Origin: Candidatus Krumholzibacteriaceae bacterium
Lineage (GTDB): Archaea; Thermoproteota; Bathyarchaeia; TCS64
Reading direction: 5' to 3'
DNA: 39,392 nucleotides
NCBI GenBank assembly: GCA_035529515.1
Contig: DATKWN010000016.1
Location: 1 to 39,392, forward strand
The notes beneath the pieces were generated by a model. That model was not told the DNA's origin. It saw nothing but the letters and a program-made list of their open reading frames with translations, and searched no databases. Positions 1-7,614 of the stretch are shown piece by piece (the first letter of the stretch is position 1; every line of letters starts with the position of its first letter). The position numbers and the translations under genes were made by a program.

Positions 1-670
1 TCTTCACGGGCATCGGGGGGAGGCTGTATTTCTTTATCTGGTCGTCTGTGAGGGCGATCCTTTGAACCGTGAAATCCTTTGCCCCGTACTTCTCGAGACG
101 CTCGGACAGGTCCCTCTCGATGTCAACGCCGCTGGGGTCGAAGTCCCCGAAGTAGAGCACCACCGTCGGCTTGCCCCCGAGCTGGTTTGTTATGTACCTC
201 GACATCTCCTGCACGAAGCTGAAGCTCGGGTAGCCGCGGGTCGGAAAGGTGCGTACGCTGAACCTGTTGGCCTCCCGGCTGACGAGGCGGCTGAGGGCGT
301 CCTTCTCGAGGCTGATCATCACGTTCTTCGGCTGGTCGTCCCACATGGGCATGGTGAAGCTCTTCCAGCTGTCCTGAAGGGTCGTTATCTTCTTCTTCAG
401 GTACTCCTCCGCCGAGTTGTAGCCCATGTCGCCCCTGCCTAGGACCCGCCTGCTCCGGTCCTCCAGGCAGTTGACGGGGACGTCTCCGTCCTCCCTCGCC
501 TTCACCATTATCCTGCTGAGCCGCTTGTAGCTGTTGATGGTGTTGGGGATGAGGAGCCTGCTGACGAGACGGTAGTATAGCTGCCTCAACGTGATCGCAG
601 TGTCGTACTGCTGGAATATGTCTAGGGCTGCATCTACGATCTCGCCGTAGCTGGTCGGGCCATCGTCCAT
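1..670 (-). CDS. Spo11/Topo VI subunit A-like protein, short stand-alone 'mini-A' type (5Y-CAP winged helix + Toprim); C-terminus runs off the window
   Basis: The reverse frame from ATG 670..668 stays open to position 1. It has no stop in the window, so it is absent from the ORF track. Translation: MDDGPTSYGEIVDAALDIFQQYDTAITLRQLYYRLVS...NVMISLEKDALSRL...TVVLYFGDFDPSGVDIERDL. It shows an Arg-x-x-Tyr-Tyr motif, a Toprim Glu and a DxD in Top6A-like spacing, with strong GC3 bias. Listed ORFs 62..442(+) and 123..686(-) look like shadow frames. Confidence 0.6.
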   Translation of the reverse strand, partial: MDDGPTSYGEIVDAALDIFQQYDTAITLRQLYYRLVSRLLIPNTINSYKRLSRIMVKAREDGDVPVNCLEDRSRRVLGRGDMGYNSAEEYLKKKITTLQDSWKSFTMPMWDDQPKNVMISLEKDALSRLVSREANRFSVRTFPTRGYPSFSFVQEMSRYITNQLGGKPTVVLYFGDFDPSGVDIERDLSERLEKYGAKDFTVQRIALTDDQIKKYSLPPMPVK

Positions 671-744
671 CACGGATACAATACATGAGACGATATATTG
701 AGTTTTCTTCGAAAAACAGTTATAAAAAGGGGGTTTAGGTGTGT

Positions 745-1191
745 TTACAGGCCCTTTAACGCGTCCGCTATGTACTCTTCCTTTGTTTTACTCTTGTTAT
801 CTCGCAGAGTCTGTTTTAACACGGTGGCGTAATCGTCGAGCCAGTCGAACTTCTTGCAGCCGTCGAGCTCGCCACACTGGCTGCACAGCTGGATGCCCTT
901 CTCGTTGGCGCAGAGCCTTATGGCGTAGTCGGGGGGGCCGCCCCCATTCTCGCAGCCCCTGCAGTTGGCGTACTTGGTCATCCACTCTAGGGTCTTCTCC
1001 GTCATGGCCCAGTATATCTCCGCCCCGCCCGGGACCATGGGCGCCCACTCCTTGATGCCGTAGCCCGCGATGTAGCTCTTGGTCTTTCCCGCGGTCTCCG
1101 CGATGGTGCCGTTGCCCAGCACACATGTGCCGCAGGTGATGCCGCACGGCCCCGCCTGATCCTTAACGATGTTGAACGCCTCCTCCTGCAT
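745..1191 (-). CDS. Cys-rich DUF3795-like protein
   Basis: 148 aa with spaced Cys motifs (CGITCGTC, CRGC, CSQCGELDGC) typical of the DUF3795 family. It is co-oriented with and 74 nt upstream of the Top6A-like gene. Confidence 0.55.
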   Translation of the reverse strand: MQEEAFNIVKDQAGPCGITCGTCVLGNGTIAETAGKTKSYIAGYGIKEWAPMVPGGAEIYWAMTEKTLEWMTKYANCRGCENGGGPPDYAIRLCANEKGIQLCSQCGELDGCKKFDWLDDYATVLKQTLRDNKSKTKEEYIADALKGL

Positions 1192-1281
1192 GGCAGCCTC
1201 GTCATGGTTTTTCGTTTATTAAACATTTACAAATGGTTTGAAGGCGGGGATGCGTGAAACTGCCGGGTCTTCTGCAATGAC

Positions 1282-1293
1282 TTTAAACCCCGA
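1282..1293 (+). promoter_or_regulatory. TATA-like box (TTTAAACCCCGA) upstream of the ICMT-like gene
   Basis: The TTTAAA element lies about 25 nt upstream of the GTG 1309 / ATG 1318 start. The same TTTAAA(A)CCCCG motif occurs at 7586 and 28365. Confidence 0.35.
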
Positions 1294-1308
1294 CTCCACC
1301 CAGTATTC

Positions 1309-1671
1309 GTGACCAGCATGGCTTCACTGCCCACCGTAGCCAAGGCCGCTGGAGGCCTCCTATCGGTCACGGGGGCCGCCGTCTGTGTCTACTGGTACGT
1401 CTTCTGGAGCAGGAACTACAAGGGTGAGCTGATCACATACGGCCCATACGCCTATGTGCGGCACCCCTTCTACTCCGGGTTCCTCTCGGTTGCAGTCGGC
1501 CTCGCCCTGGCTCTCCCCATCTACGAGACTAGGCTGCTCCTCGTCTTCACGCTGGCCGTCATAGTCGTATACGTGCCCAAGGAGGAGGAGGCCCTGATAC
1601 GCCAGTACAAGAAGAGGTACCTGGACTACATGGAGAAGGTGAGGCACAGGCTCATTCCTGGGGTCTATTGA
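1309..1671 (+). CDS. Isoprenylcysteine carboxyl / phospholipid methyltransferase (ICMT/PEMT)-family membrane protein, short form
   Basis: 120 aa and hydrophobic. It has the ELITYGPYAYVRHPFYSGF motif characteristic of the ICMT/PEMT family. The start is GTG 1309 or ATG 1318. Confidence 0.55.
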   Translation: MTSMASLPTVAKAAGGLLSVTGAAVCVYWYVFWSRNYKGELITYGPYAYVRHPFYSGFLSVAVGLALALPIYETRLLLVFTLAVIVVYVPKEEEALIRQYKKRYLDYMEKVRHRLIPGVY

Positions 1672-1801
1672 CCCCTTTCAGCTGCCATGCCCCCATAAAC
1701 CCGATGATCCCTAACCAGTGGTACGCGGTGCTTGAGCCCAGCGAGGCGCATAGAAGGCTTGAGAGACCCCATGAACGGTCAGTGTACGGCGGCCTGCGTG
1801 C

Positions 1802-2572
1802 CTACCCGAACAGGCCCTCGATGTACTCCCTTGTCTTCGGGTCGTCAGGCTCGTTGAAGAACTTCTCCGCGTAGTTCTGCTCCACCAGCTCACCCAGGTA
1901 CATGAAGATGGCGTAGTCGCTGAGCCTCCGGGCCTGCCTCAGCGTATGCGTCACCATGATTATAGAATAGTCGACGCTCAGCTCACGCAGCAGCTCCTCT
2001 ATTCGGCCCGCAGATATAGGGTCCAGCGACGAGGTGGGTTCATCGCACAGCAGCACCTCGGGCTCCACGGAGAGCACCCGCGCCAGGTTCAGCCTCTGCT
2101 GCTGTCCTATGGACAGGTTCGCGGCGGGCTCCTTCAGCCGGTCCTTGACCTCCTCCCAGAGACCCGCCGATTGGAGGCACCGCTCCACCAACGCGTGCAG
2201 CTCCTCCTTGTCGCCGTTTCCATGGATCTTGGGGCCGTACGCCACGTTGTCGAAGATGGACATGGGCAGCGGGTTGGGCGTCTGTGTGATGAGGCCCACC
2301 CTCCTCCGGAGCTCCGTGACCTCCACGTCGTCGCCGTAGACGTTCACCCCGTCCACCAGAACCTCGCCCGTCACCTTGACGTCGCCGTATATCTCCAGGA
2401 GCCTGTTCATGCTCTTCAGCAGGGTGGTCTTGCCGCACCCCGAGGGGCCTATCACCGCTGTTATCATTTTCCTCGGCACCACGGCCGAGACGTTTCTCAG
2501 CGCGGCTACCTTCCCGTAGTAGACGCTTAGGTCCCGGACCTGTATCACTGGGTCGTCTATCATCTTGTTCAC
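1802..2572 (-). CDS. pstB: Phosphate ABC transporter ATP-binding protein PstB
   Basis: 256 aa with Walker A GPSGCGKTT, signature LSIGQQQRL and Walker B LLCDEPTSSLD. It has a PstB-type N-terminus and overlaps pstA by 4 nt. Confidence 0.93.
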   Translation of the reverse strand: MNKMIDDPVIQVRDLSVYYGKVAALRNVSAVVPRKMITAVIGPSGCGKTTLLKSMNRLLEIYGDVKVTGEVLVDGVNVYGDDVEVTELRRRVGLITQTPNPLPMSIFDNVAYGPKIHGNGDKEELHALVERCLQSAGLWEEVKDRLKEPAANLSIGQQQRLNLARVLSVEPEVLLCDEPTSSLDPISAGRIEELLRELSVDYSIIMVTHTLRQARRLSDYAIFMYLGELVEQNYAEKFFNEPDDPKTREYIEGLFG

Positions 2573-3426
2573 CTCACCACGTACCTCATCAACCTCTTCG
2601 ACGACCAGCGTGAGAACACGCTGAGCCCCAGCACAATGAACAATAGTATTATCCCGGAGGCGTAGGCCCTCTGCTGCACCTCAGGGATGGGTGTAGAGAG
2701 CTGGAAGAAGACCGCGAGCGGGAGGGTGGCCACGGGGTCCATGAGGGACGACGGTATGTTGTCCGTGTAGCCGGCCGTGAGCATCACCGCGGCCGCGTCG
2801 CCTATCGCCCTGCCGAACCCTATGAGCACCGTCGTGAGTATGCCGGGCAGCGCCTGCCTGAGGACCACCCGGGTGGCCGTCTCGAACCTGGTGGACCCCA
2901 GGGAGAACGCCGTCTCGCGCAGCCTGTTGGGGACGGTTCTCAGCACCTCGTCGATGCCGCGGGTCATCATGGGGAACTCGAAGAGTGTCACCGTCAGTAT
3001 GCCCCACAGCAGGCTGGCCCTCGCCCTGAAGTAGATCATGACCGTGAACGCGAAGGCGCCGTAGACTATCGAAGGGATCCCGCAGAGCGCGTCCAGCATC
3101 CTTCTCGTGTAGCTGGTCCTCCTCGACTCGCCCGCGTACTCGTAGAGGTATATGGCTATCGGGACGCTGATCAGCACGGAGAGCAGGGTGGATCCCGTGG
3201 CCAGGTACAGGGAGCCGACGATGGCGTTCAGTATTCCCCCCTCCTTTCCCAGGTAGTACCCGCCCCTAGGGGTCTGCGTGATCATGGCGAGGCTCAGCGC
3301 GCCCAGGCCCTTACTGAGGACGGTCAAGAACATCGAGAGGAGGCTCCCAACCACGACGAGGATGGACGCCGACATGAGGACGATGAACACGCGCTCCTCC
3401 ATTCGCCTCCTGCCTAGCTTGTCCAT
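2569..3426 (-). CDS. pstA: Phosphate ABC transporter permease PstA
   Basis: Internal Met (MDKLGRRRMEERVFIVLMS...) of the listed 388-aa ORF. The protein is a multi-TM permease. The upstream 103 aa of that ORF is Arg/Gly-rich and overlaps pstC, so it was rejected. Confidence 0.88.
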   Translation of the reverse strand: MDKLGRRRMEERVFIVLMSASILVVVGSLLSMFLTVLSKGLGALSLAMITQTPRGGYYLGKEGGILNAIVGSLYLATGSTLLSVLISVPIAIYLYEYAGESRRTSYTRRMLDALCGIPSIVYGAFAFTVMIYFRARASLLWGILTVTLFEFPMMTRGIDEVLRTVPNRLRETAFSLGSTRFETATRVVLRQALPGILTTVLIGFGRAIGDAAAVMLTAGYTDNIPSSLMDPVATLPLAVFFQLSTPIPEVQQRAYASGIILLFIVLGLSVFSRWSSKRLMRYVVR

Positions 3427-4310
3427 CTCGTTATCCTCCTCTGGGTCACCCTCGCAAGCAGGCTGAACCCTCCTACCAGCACCATGAGTATCAGCGCCGC
3501 AAACATGAGCGCAGAGTCGTACAGGGGCAGGGACATCATCTCCCCATAGTTGTTGGCTATGAGGCTGGGGAGCGTGTACCCCGCGTCGAAAAGCGAGCCG
3601 GGGACCTGAGGCGTGTTGCCCACCACCATCAGGACCGCCATGGTCTCGCCGAAGGCCCTGCTGAAACCGAGCAACACGGCGGACAGGATGCCTGTGCTCG
3701 CCCTCCTCATCACCACGTGCTTGACGGTCTCCCACCTCGTGGCGCCGAGGACGAACGACGACTCACGGGCCTCGAAGGGGACCGCCCTCAGCACCTCCTC
3801 GGACACCGAGATTATTATGGGGAACACCATGATCGCCAGAACCACGCCGGCTGACAGGACGCAGTAACCCGTCGTAGACACGCCGAACCACGGCGCCACC
3901 ACGTTCCTTATACCCGGCACCACGTACGATACGCCCCAGAGACCGAAGATGACTGAAGGGATGCCTGCGAGAAGATCGATCAAGGGCTTGACGACGCCCC
4001 TGACCCTGAGGGAGGCGTACTCCGACAGATATATGGCGCTTAGAATGCAGACAGGGCACGCCAACGCCATAGCCGTGACCGTCACCATCACGGTCCCCAC
4101 GATGAAGGGATAGAACCCGAACTCCCCCCTCAACGGGAACCACGAGCTGTCGAAGAGAAGGTCGACGATGAACGCGCTGCGAAGGATCGGGACCGACTTG
4201 AGGAAGAGCATGAAGGCGATGACGAAGACCAGGGACACCGAGGCGAGGGTTAGGCCCTTCATCACCCTGTACGAGTACCTGTCGACCCGGTCCCTGTCCA
4301 ACACATGCAC
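3414..4310 (-). CDS. pstC: Phosphate ABC transporter permease PstC
   Basis: 298-aa multi-TM permease located between pstS and pstA. It overlaps pstA by 13 nt. Confidence 0.88.
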   Translation of the reverse strand: MHVLDRDRVDRYSYRVMKGLTLASVSLVFVIAFMLFLKSVPILRSAFIVDLLFDSSWFPLRGEFGFYPFIVGTVMVTVTAMALACPVCILSAIYLSEYASLRVRGVVKPLIDLLAGIPSVIFGLWGVSYVVPGIRNVVAPWFGVSTTGYCVLSAGVVLAIMVFPIIISVSEEVLRAVPFEARESSFVLGATRWETVKHVVMRRASTGILSAVLLGFSRAFGETMAVLMVVGNTPQVPGSLFDAGYTLPSLIANNYGEMMSLPLYDSALMFAALILMVLVGGFSLLARVTQRRITRWTS

Positions 4311-5258
4311 CTAGCCTTCTAGCTTAGCCAGCTCATCCCTCGCCGCCGCCTCAGACACGGAGACGTAGCCGGACGCCTCCGCGTACCCCTGGCCCTCCGT
4401 AAGCACCCATCTGACGAAGTCCAGGGTCGCGCCCTGGAAACCGCTCTTGGTCACCAAGTATAGGTCCCTCGCCGGGGGCGACGGGTACGTCCCGTCTCTG
4501 ATGGCCGTGATTATCTTGTCTCTCTCGTCGTAGAAGTCCTCGTCCTGGTCGACCAGTCCGTTCCCGTCTATGTCCAGAGGGACCGCGCTCACCCCTTCGA
4601 CCGCTCTCCCCGACTCCATGTCGTAGGCGTAGTTCACGTTGTTGTACCCGATGGAGAGGGGGTCCGTCTTCACCGCCTCCGCTAGGCCTGGGTCGCCGAA
4701 TATGCCTACCCCAAGGAGGTCCTCCTGATTGTATCCCATGTACTTGGCGATGGTGGCCGCCGCGCCGCAGGCGTCCGACCTCGTGTACACGTTGATGCCG
4801 TCCGTCACCTCCGGCCTGTCGACGAGCTGCCCCCACGTGGTGATCTCGCCGGTTATGAAGACCCCTCTGAGCTTCTCGACGGTCACCCCCTTGGCGAGCA
4901 GGTCGCTCAGCACCGGGTTGTCCCCGCTCACCGTTACGACGACGGCGTCCCTCGCGACGGCCACCCAGAACGCCCCCTTATCGATCTCGGCCTGATAGAT
5001 CTCTCTGGAAACCATGCCTATGTCCACGAGCTCGGACAGGGCGTCGGTCATCCCCTTCCCCGCGCCTCCCGCGGATATCTCGAACTTGACGTTGGGGTGC
5101 GTCGCCTTGTACTGTTCACTCCACTCGATCATCAACGGGTATAGGGCAAACGCCCCTGAGACGGCGACGGCCTCCTCCCTGGGCTTGGCGAGGAAGCTGT
5201 AGGCCACAAGACCCACTACCAGTATTAGCGCCGTGGCTCCGACTATCTTTTTATCCAA
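4311..5258 (-). CDS. pstS: Phosphate-binding protein PstS with N-terminal membrane anchor
   Basis: 315 aa with an N-terminal TM helix and an SGAFALYPL...ISAGGAGKG PBP-like motif. It directly abuts the pstC start. Confidence 0.82.
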   Translation of the reverse strand: MDKKIVGATALILVVGLVAYSFLAKPREEAVAVSGAFALYPLMIEWSEQYKATHPNVKFEISAGGAGKGMTDALSELVDIGMVSREIYQAEIDKGAFWVAVARDAVVVTVSGDNPVLSDLLAKGVTVEKLRGVFITGEITTWGQLVDRPEVTDGINVYTRSDACGAAATIAKYMGYNQEDLLGVGIFGDPGLAEAVKTDPLSIGYNNVNYAYDMESGRAVEGVSAVPLDIDGNGLVDQDEDFYDERDKIITAIRDGTYPSPPARDLYLVTKSGFQGATLDFVRWVLTEGQGYAEASGYVSVSEAAARDELAKLEG

Positions 5259-5286
5259 GGTGGTTCTTGTTTTATCCTCTGACCTC

Positions 5287-5295
5287 TATATATAT
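5287..5295 (-). promoter_or_regulatory. TATA box candidate for the pstSCAB operon
   Basis: TATATATAT centred about 33 nt upstream of the pstS ATG (5258), within an AT-rich intergenic region. Confidence 0.45.
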
Positions 5296-5430
5296 GCTTT
5301 TGGTATTCTACCAATATACAACCAATAACTGTATGATCAGGATCAGCGTCGGCAGACCACTGGACGGCATTATCGGTCAAAGGTTGAGCCTGACAGTTGT
5401 TTTATTTCTCAAGGACACCAATTACACCCC

Positions 5431-6093
5431 ATGGCCGACGACATGGTCAAGTACTACAGGGACCGCGCCAGGGAGTACGAGCAGATATACGAGTGGAGGG
5501 ACCCCCACCGCCAGCAGGAGCAGGACCGCCTCGGCGAGAAGCTCAAGCAAGCGTTCAAGGGCTGCAACGTCCTTGACATCGGCTGCGGCACGGGTTACTG
5601 GACGGAGCGTGTCAGCGAGACCGCGGAACGCATAACGGGCATCGACATCAACGAAGCCGTCCTAGAGATAGCCAGGTCCAAGACATATGGCTGCCCCACG
5701 GAGTTCAAAGCCATGGACGCCTACGGCATGGAGTTCCCGCCTGACACGTTCACCGGCGCCCTGGCGTCGTTCTGGCTCAGCCACGTCCACAGAGAGGACA
5801 TGGACGGCTGGATCGAGCACATGCACAGTGTGCTGGCCCCCGGGGCTTGGGTGTTCATCGCCGACAACACGTACATCGAAGGCGTCGGCGGCAGGCTCGT
5901 CACCAAGGAGGGCGACCCCAACACCTACAAGCTCAGGACGCTCAACGACGGAAGCCAGCACCTCATCGTGAAGAACTACTTCACCGCGGAGGAGCTCGTC
6001 GAGCTGTTCAGCCGCCACACAGACGGCGTTACAGCTGACGACGTGTTCCATGGTAGATGCTTCTGGTGGATAAGCTACAAGCTGAAGAAATAG
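5431..6093 (+). CDS. Class I SAM-dependent methyltransferase
   Basis: 220 aa with SAM-binding motif I VLDIGCGTGYWT. A TATA-like TGTTTTATTTC lies about 25 nt upstream. Confidence 0.8.
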   Translation: MADDMVKYYRDRAREYEQIYEWRDPHRQQEQDRLGEKLKQAFKGCNVLDIGCGTGYWTERVSETAERITGIDINEAVLEIARSKTYGCPTEFKAMDAYGMEFPPDTFTGALASFWLSHVHREDMDGWIEHMHSVLAPGAWVFIADNTYIEGVGGRLVTKEGDPNTYKLRTLNDGSQHLIVKNYFTAEELVELFSRHTDGVTADDVFHGRCFWWISYKLKK

Positions 6094-6100
6094 GTGAGCC

Positions 6101-6262
6101 CTAGATGGGCTCGAACTCTGACTTGGGGGCTCCGCAGAGGGGGCACTCCCAGTCGTCCGGCAGGTCTTCGAAGGCGGTGCCCGCCGGGTAGCCGTTGTCC
6201 GGGTCGCCGACATCCGGGTCGTAGACGTAGCCGCAGACTTGGCACTGGTATTTCTGGGGCAT
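6101..6262 (-). CDS. Rubredoxin
   Basis: This 53-aa ORF is below the ORF-track size cut-off. Translation: [53 protein letters not shown], with the classic CxxCG...CPxCG rubredoxin motifs. The listed 5662..6279(-) ORF is a shadow frame. Confidence 0.85.
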   Translation of the reverse strand: MPQKYQCQVCGYVYDPDVGDPDNGYPAGTAFEDLPDDWECPLCGAPKSEFEPI

Positions 6263-6282
6263 AGAGAAGCCAACGTCACCGG

Positions 6283-6292
6283 GTTATATAAA
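6283..6292. promoter_or_regulatory. Shared, near-palindromic TATA element between divergent rubredoxin and priL
   Basis: TTATATAAAA lies 21-30 nt from the rubredoxin ATG (6262, minus strand) and about 60 nt from the priL ATG (6352, plus strand). Confidence 0.4.
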
Positions 6293-6351
6293 ACCGCGGC
6301 CGTTGGACGACATCCAAAACGATAATATGAGCCACGCAGCAGGTACCTTTG

Positions 6352-7431
6352 ATGCTTTCGGAGAGGGAGGCCGCCAAGTACCCGTTCCTCAAGGCGGTGC
6401 TGGAGCTAGTGGATGGACTCGACCTCCAGCTGGACGACCTCACCGACCCCAACTACGGCAAGGTCCTGGACAGGGCGGCGGAGCGGGTGAAGGAGGCCAT
6501 AGTGCAGGGCGTCGTATCGGCCAGGCTAGCCGACCCCCTCACGGAGCTCCTAAGCTACCCCGTCGCCGTCATGTACGTCACCCTCATCGGCGAACAGTTC
6601 CTCAGCCGCCGGTTCGCCTTGGCCGAGGCTGTCCGCGCCTACAACCTCCTCCAGGACGAGTACGAGGAGAAGATCACCCGGATAGCGGTGGACGAGTTCG
6701 GCTGGGACATACACCGTGACCCGGAGAACATCGACGGCGTCCCCCACACCCTCAAGCTGGCCTACCCTGACTACCTGAGGGCCGCCTCCTCTTTCCACGA
6801 GCCCAAGTGGAAGCTTGTGAACAGGAAGATGGAGAACGGCCTCGTCTGCCTCACGGGCGTCGAGGCCGCCCGGCTCCTTCAGGTAGAGGTGGAGCGGTGG
6901 GTACGGGAGAGGGTGTCGACGCCGTCCAGCTTCACCCTCCCGGAGCCCCTGCAGGCGAGGCTCGACGACGTGAAGAAAGTCTTCGAGGAGAACCGGGCAA
7001 GGCTGGGCAGCAGCCAGCTGCCCGACGAGGTCATCGACGAGGCGTTCCCGCCGTGTATGAGGTACTGCCTGGAGGGGCTCCTCGCGGGGAGACGGGCTAG
7101 CCACATGGAGAGGTTCGGCCTCACGTCGTTCCTCGTGAACGTGGGGATGCCCATCGACGACATGGTGCAGCTCTACACCAGCGTAACCGACTTCGACGAG
7201 AGCCTCACCCGCTACCAGATAGAGCACATCGCCGGCCTCAAGGGCCACCGCACAAAGTACACGCCTCCGACGTGCAGCACCCTCAGGACCCACGGCATCT
7301 GCCGCAACATGGACAGCATATGCGAGACCGTGAGCCACCCCCTCGGCTACTACCGGAAGAAGTTGCGGCGCCTGGAGCGGCAGAAAGAGCAGCGGGAAGC
7401 TGAACCCTCAAATACCACCACTCAAAAATAA
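6352..7431 (+). CDS. priL: DNA primase large (regulatory) subunit PriL
   Basis: About 359 aa with C-terminal Fe-S Cys ligand pattern (PPCMRYC ... PPTCSTLRTHGICRN) and a PriL-like N-terminal helical region. It lies next to priS. ATG 6352 follows the TTG at 6349. Confidence 0.85.
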   Translation: MLSEREAAKYPFLKAVLELVDGLDLQLDDLTDPNYGKVLDRAAERVKEAIVQGVVSARLADPLTELLSYPVAVMYVTLIGEQFLSRRFALAEAVRAYNLLQDEYEEKITRIAVDEFGWDIHRDPENIDGVPHTLKLAYPDYLRAASSFHEPKWKLVNRKMENGLVCLTGVEAARLLQVEVERWVRERVSTPSSFTLPEPLQARLDDVKKVFEENRARLGSSQLPDEVIDEAFPPCMRYCLEGLLAGRRASHMERFGLTSFLVNVGMPIDDMVQLYTSVTDFDESLTRYQIEHIAGLKGHRTKYTPPTCSTLRTHGICRNMDSICETVSHPLGYYRKKLRRLERQKEQREAEPSNTTTQK

Positions 7432-7442
7432 CAGAGACCGGC

Positions 7443-7580
7443 ATGCGGGAACTCACGGAGGAGAAGAAGCGGATGCTCAAGAGCGTAGGACTCCACTACT
7501 GCAGGCACTACGACAACGTCGTACGCTTCAACGCCCCCTTATGCGGAAAATGCCGCCACAGGACCTACCCCGCGAGGTAA
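7443..7580 (+). CDS. 45-aa Cys/His-containing microprotein (putative zinc-binding), unannotated
   Basis: MRELTEEKKRMLKSVGLHYCRHYDNVVRFNAPLCGKCRHRTYPAR. GC3 bias is strong (about 38/45 codons end in G/C), as in neighbouring genes. It lies 11 nt after the priL stop and 34 nt before the priS ATG. Confidence 0.4.
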   Translation: MRELTEEKKRMLKSVGLHYCRHYDNVVRFNAPLCGKCRHRTYPAR

Positions 7581-7584
7581 CCTG

Positions 7585-7598
7585 TTTTAAAACCCCGT
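7585..7598 (+). promoter_or_regulatory. TATA-like box (TTTTAAAACCCCGT) upstream of priS
   Basis: It lies 23-30 nt upstream of ATG 7615, which is consistent with a leaderless priS transcript. Confidence 0.4.
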
Positions 7599-7614
7599 GG
7601 ACTTATCAATAAGC

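Noticed and set aside
62-686. Listed ORFs 62..442(+) and 123..686(-), 126 and 187 aa
   Set aside because: The translations are Arg/Pro/Gln/Gly-rich and low-complexity with no motifs. A third frame on the minus strand (1..670) gives a motif-bearing Top6A-like protein with proper GC3 bias. These two are therefore shadow frames of a GC-rich gene.
3427-3735. N-terminal 103-aa extension of the listed 388-aa pstA ORF
   Set aside because: The extension is Arg/Gly/His-rich, overlaps the 3' end of pstC in another frame, and precedes a good internal Met followed by the first TM helix. The start was set at 3426.
5267-5635. 122-aa plus-strand ORF spanning the pstS/methyltransferase intergenic region
   Set aside because: It starts in AT-rich promoter DNA and then reads the methyltransferase gene out of frame (Ser/Thr/Arg-rich). 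The methyltransferase frame (5431..6093) has the SAM-binding motif.
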